Origin: a virus
DNA: 44,790 bases
Direction: 5' to 3' (one strand)
Virus record (IMG/VR): IMGVR_UViG_3300018056_000002
Span: 1-44,790 of that record
This document shows, in pieces, positions 43,567-44,790 of the stretch. The notes beneath the pieces are model-generated. The model saw only the letters and a program-made list of their open reading frames with translations, made no database searches and was not told the origin of the DNA. How positions within the stretch are numbered: position 1 is the first letter of the stretch; each line of letters opens with the position of its first letter. Position numbers and translations under genes: made by a program.

Positions 43567-44049
43567 TCAGTCCGCGCGCTCCACGATCCGCCACGCCGCC
43601 GTGAAGTTCGCCGGCCAGTCGGCCGGCCGCGGCGTGCCGGGCCGCCATGCGTCGATGTACTGCGCGTACGCGTCCTTGGGCTCGTGGCGCGTCGGCAATC
43701 GGACCGGCAATGTCCAGAGCAGCAACCGGGCGAACCCGACCGCGAGGACGTCGTGATACTCGATCGCGCGATGCACCTGCCCGACCGTCGGCGCCAGATC
43801 GAGCGCGCCGCAGACCGCGCGGGCGAGCTCGGACGACACGCGATGCTTCAGCACGCCGGTGACGCCTGCGCGCTCGAATTGAAAGTACCCGCGCGCCGGT
43901 CCGCCACTCATCTGCCGCCGGTTGCGGAGCTCGGACTCCTGCAGCGCAATCGCGACCAGCAGCGCGCGGGCCTCCGGCGTGTCCATCTTCGGCGGCAACA
44001 TCCGCAAGGCCGGCGAGAGCGCGACGTCGAGGAACAGCGCCGGCGTCAC
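43567..44049 (-). CDS. Lytic transglycosylase-like (SLT-type) endolysin candidate (160 aa)
   Basis: ...ARALLVAIALQESELRNRRQMSGGPARGYFQFERAGVTGVL has the catalytic-Glu context (QES...GxxQ) of SLT domains. Located after the virion genes, next to a membrane protein. Confidence 0.5.
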   Translation of the reverse strand: MTPALFLDVALSPALRMLPPKMDTPEARALLVAIALQESELRNRRQMSGGPARGYFQFERAGVTGVLKHRVSSELARAVCGALDLAPTVGQVHRAIEYHDVLAVGFARLLLWTLPVRLPTRHEPKDAYAQYIDAWRPGTPRPADWPANFTAAWRIVERAD

Positions 44050-44469
44050 TCAGACATCCTTCTTTTTCCGCCGGTCGATGGCGGGCGCTTCCGCGGGACG
44101 GTCCGAGGCCCGGAGCTTCAGCAAGCCCGTCAAGACGGCAATGGTTTTCCGGTCCTCTTCGCCCGATGCCATCAACCGGGTAATCTCCGCGGTCATGCGG
44201 GCCAGATGTCCGTTGGTTTGCTGGGCGGCCTGCGCGCTGGTTTGCACGATGGCGTCCACATTCGCCGCGACGGCTTCCGCTTTCGCGGCCACGCCGATCG
44301 CCTTCGTCGCCGCGGCCGCGACCTGTTGCTTTGTCTCGATGGTGACGGCCGTGTTCTCCTCGACCTTGCCCTTGATCTTGAATTGCTGCACGAGTCCGGT
44401 CAGCATCGTCCCGAGCGACGCGATGATCAGGAGGACCCCACCCACCCACAGCGGATCATCAAACTTCAT
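44050..44469 (-). CDS. N-terminally membrane-anchored coiled-coil protein (139 aa; holin or i-spanin-like candidate)
   Basis: MKFDDPLWVGGVLLIIASLGTMLTGLVQQF is one TM helix, followed by an Ala/Gln-rich helical region and a basic tail. ATGA overlap with the stop of the giant gene. Confidence 0.5.
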   Translation of the reverse strand: MKFDDPLWVGGVLLIIASLGTMLTGLVQQFKIKGKVEENTAVTIETKQQVAAAATKAIGVAAKAEAVAANVDAIVQTSAQAAQQTNGHLARMTAEITRLMASGEEDRKTIAVLTGLLKLRASDRPAEAPAIDRRKKKDV

Positions 44470-44790
44470 CGCGCGCCTTTCTTCGGCGCCCCGAACAGGA
44501 GCGCCGCGGGGTTACTGGTCCGCCCTTCCTGGAGCGCGACAAACCCATCGACGGTCCGCTGCACCTGCCCCGCGGGATAGCGGAAGAGCACACCCGCCGC
44601 CTGGTTGAGCGCCTTGACGAGCCCTTCGTCGATGGCGCCTTGTTTCGCCTGTTTGCCCAGGTTGTAAAAGAGCTCAATCGTGCGCGCGCCGGCCGGCCCG
44701 GCATAGCCGCGCGTCCCCTCTTGCACGAGGCCGCCGAGCTCGCGCACCAGGACCATCGTATTGAGGGCCGCGCTGAGCGCGTCGCGGCCG
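44466..44790 (-). CDS. C-terminal end of the giant polyvalent virion protein (same gene as 1-9530, joined through the terminal repeat)
   Basis: ORF-track entry 44466..44756 (MVLVRELGGLVQEGTRGYAGPAGARTIELFYNLGKQ...) is in the same phase (2 mod 3) as the ORF leaving position 1. The peptide ...NTMVLVRELGGLVQEGTRGYAGPAGARTIEL is encoded at both ends of the window. TGA stop at 44466-44468. Confidence 0.85.
   Translation of the reverse strand, partial: GRDALSAALNTMVLVRELGGLVQEGTRGYAGPAGARTIELFYNLGKQAKQGAIDEGLVKALNQAAGVLFRYPAGQVQRTVDGFVALQEGRTSNPAALLFGAPKKGAR
44668..44790. repeat. Direct terminal repeat copy 2 (identical to 1-123)
   Basis: Same 123-nt string as 1-123. The repeat lies inside an ORF and keeps its frame (44,667 is divisible by 3), which fits an assembly overlap of a circular or permuted genome. 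Confidence 0.95.

Larger units (their letters stand above)
1..44790. mobile_element. Complete temperate podovirus-like phage genome (44,667-bp unit, circularly closed contig)
   Basis: Terminal 123-bp identity. Full set of phage modules present: TerS/TerL, portal, scaffold, capsid, tail, internal virion proteins, lysis, integrase plus attP, CI/Cro-like switch, ERF/exonuclease and replication initiator. No flanking host genes. Confidence 0.9.

Noticed and set aside
42914-44449. The 511-aa minus-strand ORF taken as one gene
   Set aside because: Only the last 203 aa look real: a GGAGGG Shine-Dalgarno plus ATG at 43525 and natural composition. The first ~300 codons are an R/G-rich off-frame overlap of the SLT-like (43567-44049) and membrane-protein (44050-44469) genes.
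44050-44469. Embedded o-spanin (Rz1-like lipoprotein) in another frame of the membrane-anchored coiled-coil gene
   Set aside because: The alternative frames give only R/G-rich peptide with no signal peptide or lipobox Cys, so no unimolecular or embedded spanin partner can be supported.

Overview
This high-GC window (about two-thirds G+C) is one complete temperate phage genome. Bases 1-123 are identical to 44668-44790, so the contig closes into a 44,667-bp circle, and the junction lies inside a coding sequence. Genes are tightly packed with many ATGA/GTGA start-stop overlaps, and most are on the minus strand. Reading the minus strand from high to low coordinates: (1) a lysis-like cluster, 44469->42914; (2) an early recombination operon, 42371->39518, with a secreted protein, a Cys-rich protein, an ERF annealase, a YqaJ-type exonuclease and small Zn-ribbon proteins; (3) attP at 39392-39436, carrying the 3' half of a tRNA-Thr-like gene next to a tyrosine integrase; (4) an early replication operon, 34794->28122, with a cro-like gene, an Xis-like HTH, an iteron-containing replication initiator, two DNA methyltransferases and many small ORFs; (5) a packaging plus T7/BPP-1-like podovirus structural module, 28052->9530, with TerS, DUF3307, TerL, GNAT, portal, Bbp19-like protein, scaffold, capsid, decoration protein, an adaptor-fusion tail protein, nozzle and internal virion proteins; (6) one 3,243-aa polyvalent virion protein, 9530->1, continuing at 44667->44466. 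The plus strand carries a CI-like repressor, eight small unknown ORFs and the integrase (34945-39341), plus a small HTH regulator with paired operators (42583-42897). The supplied ORF track misses the largest gene because it leaves the window without a stop. Many listed ORFs are arginine-rich antisense or off-frame shadows. The most notable observations are: an intact GGDEF diguanylate-cyclase domain inside the giant virion protein, followed by an embedded ORF in another frame; a C5-methyltransferase gene whose codon bias switches reading frame in its centre while two frames stay open for 1 kb; an N6/N4 methyltransferase lacking the DPPY motif; and a tail adaptor fused behind about 990 aa of extra domains. 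All family assignments are from motif recognition by eye, and no database search was run.
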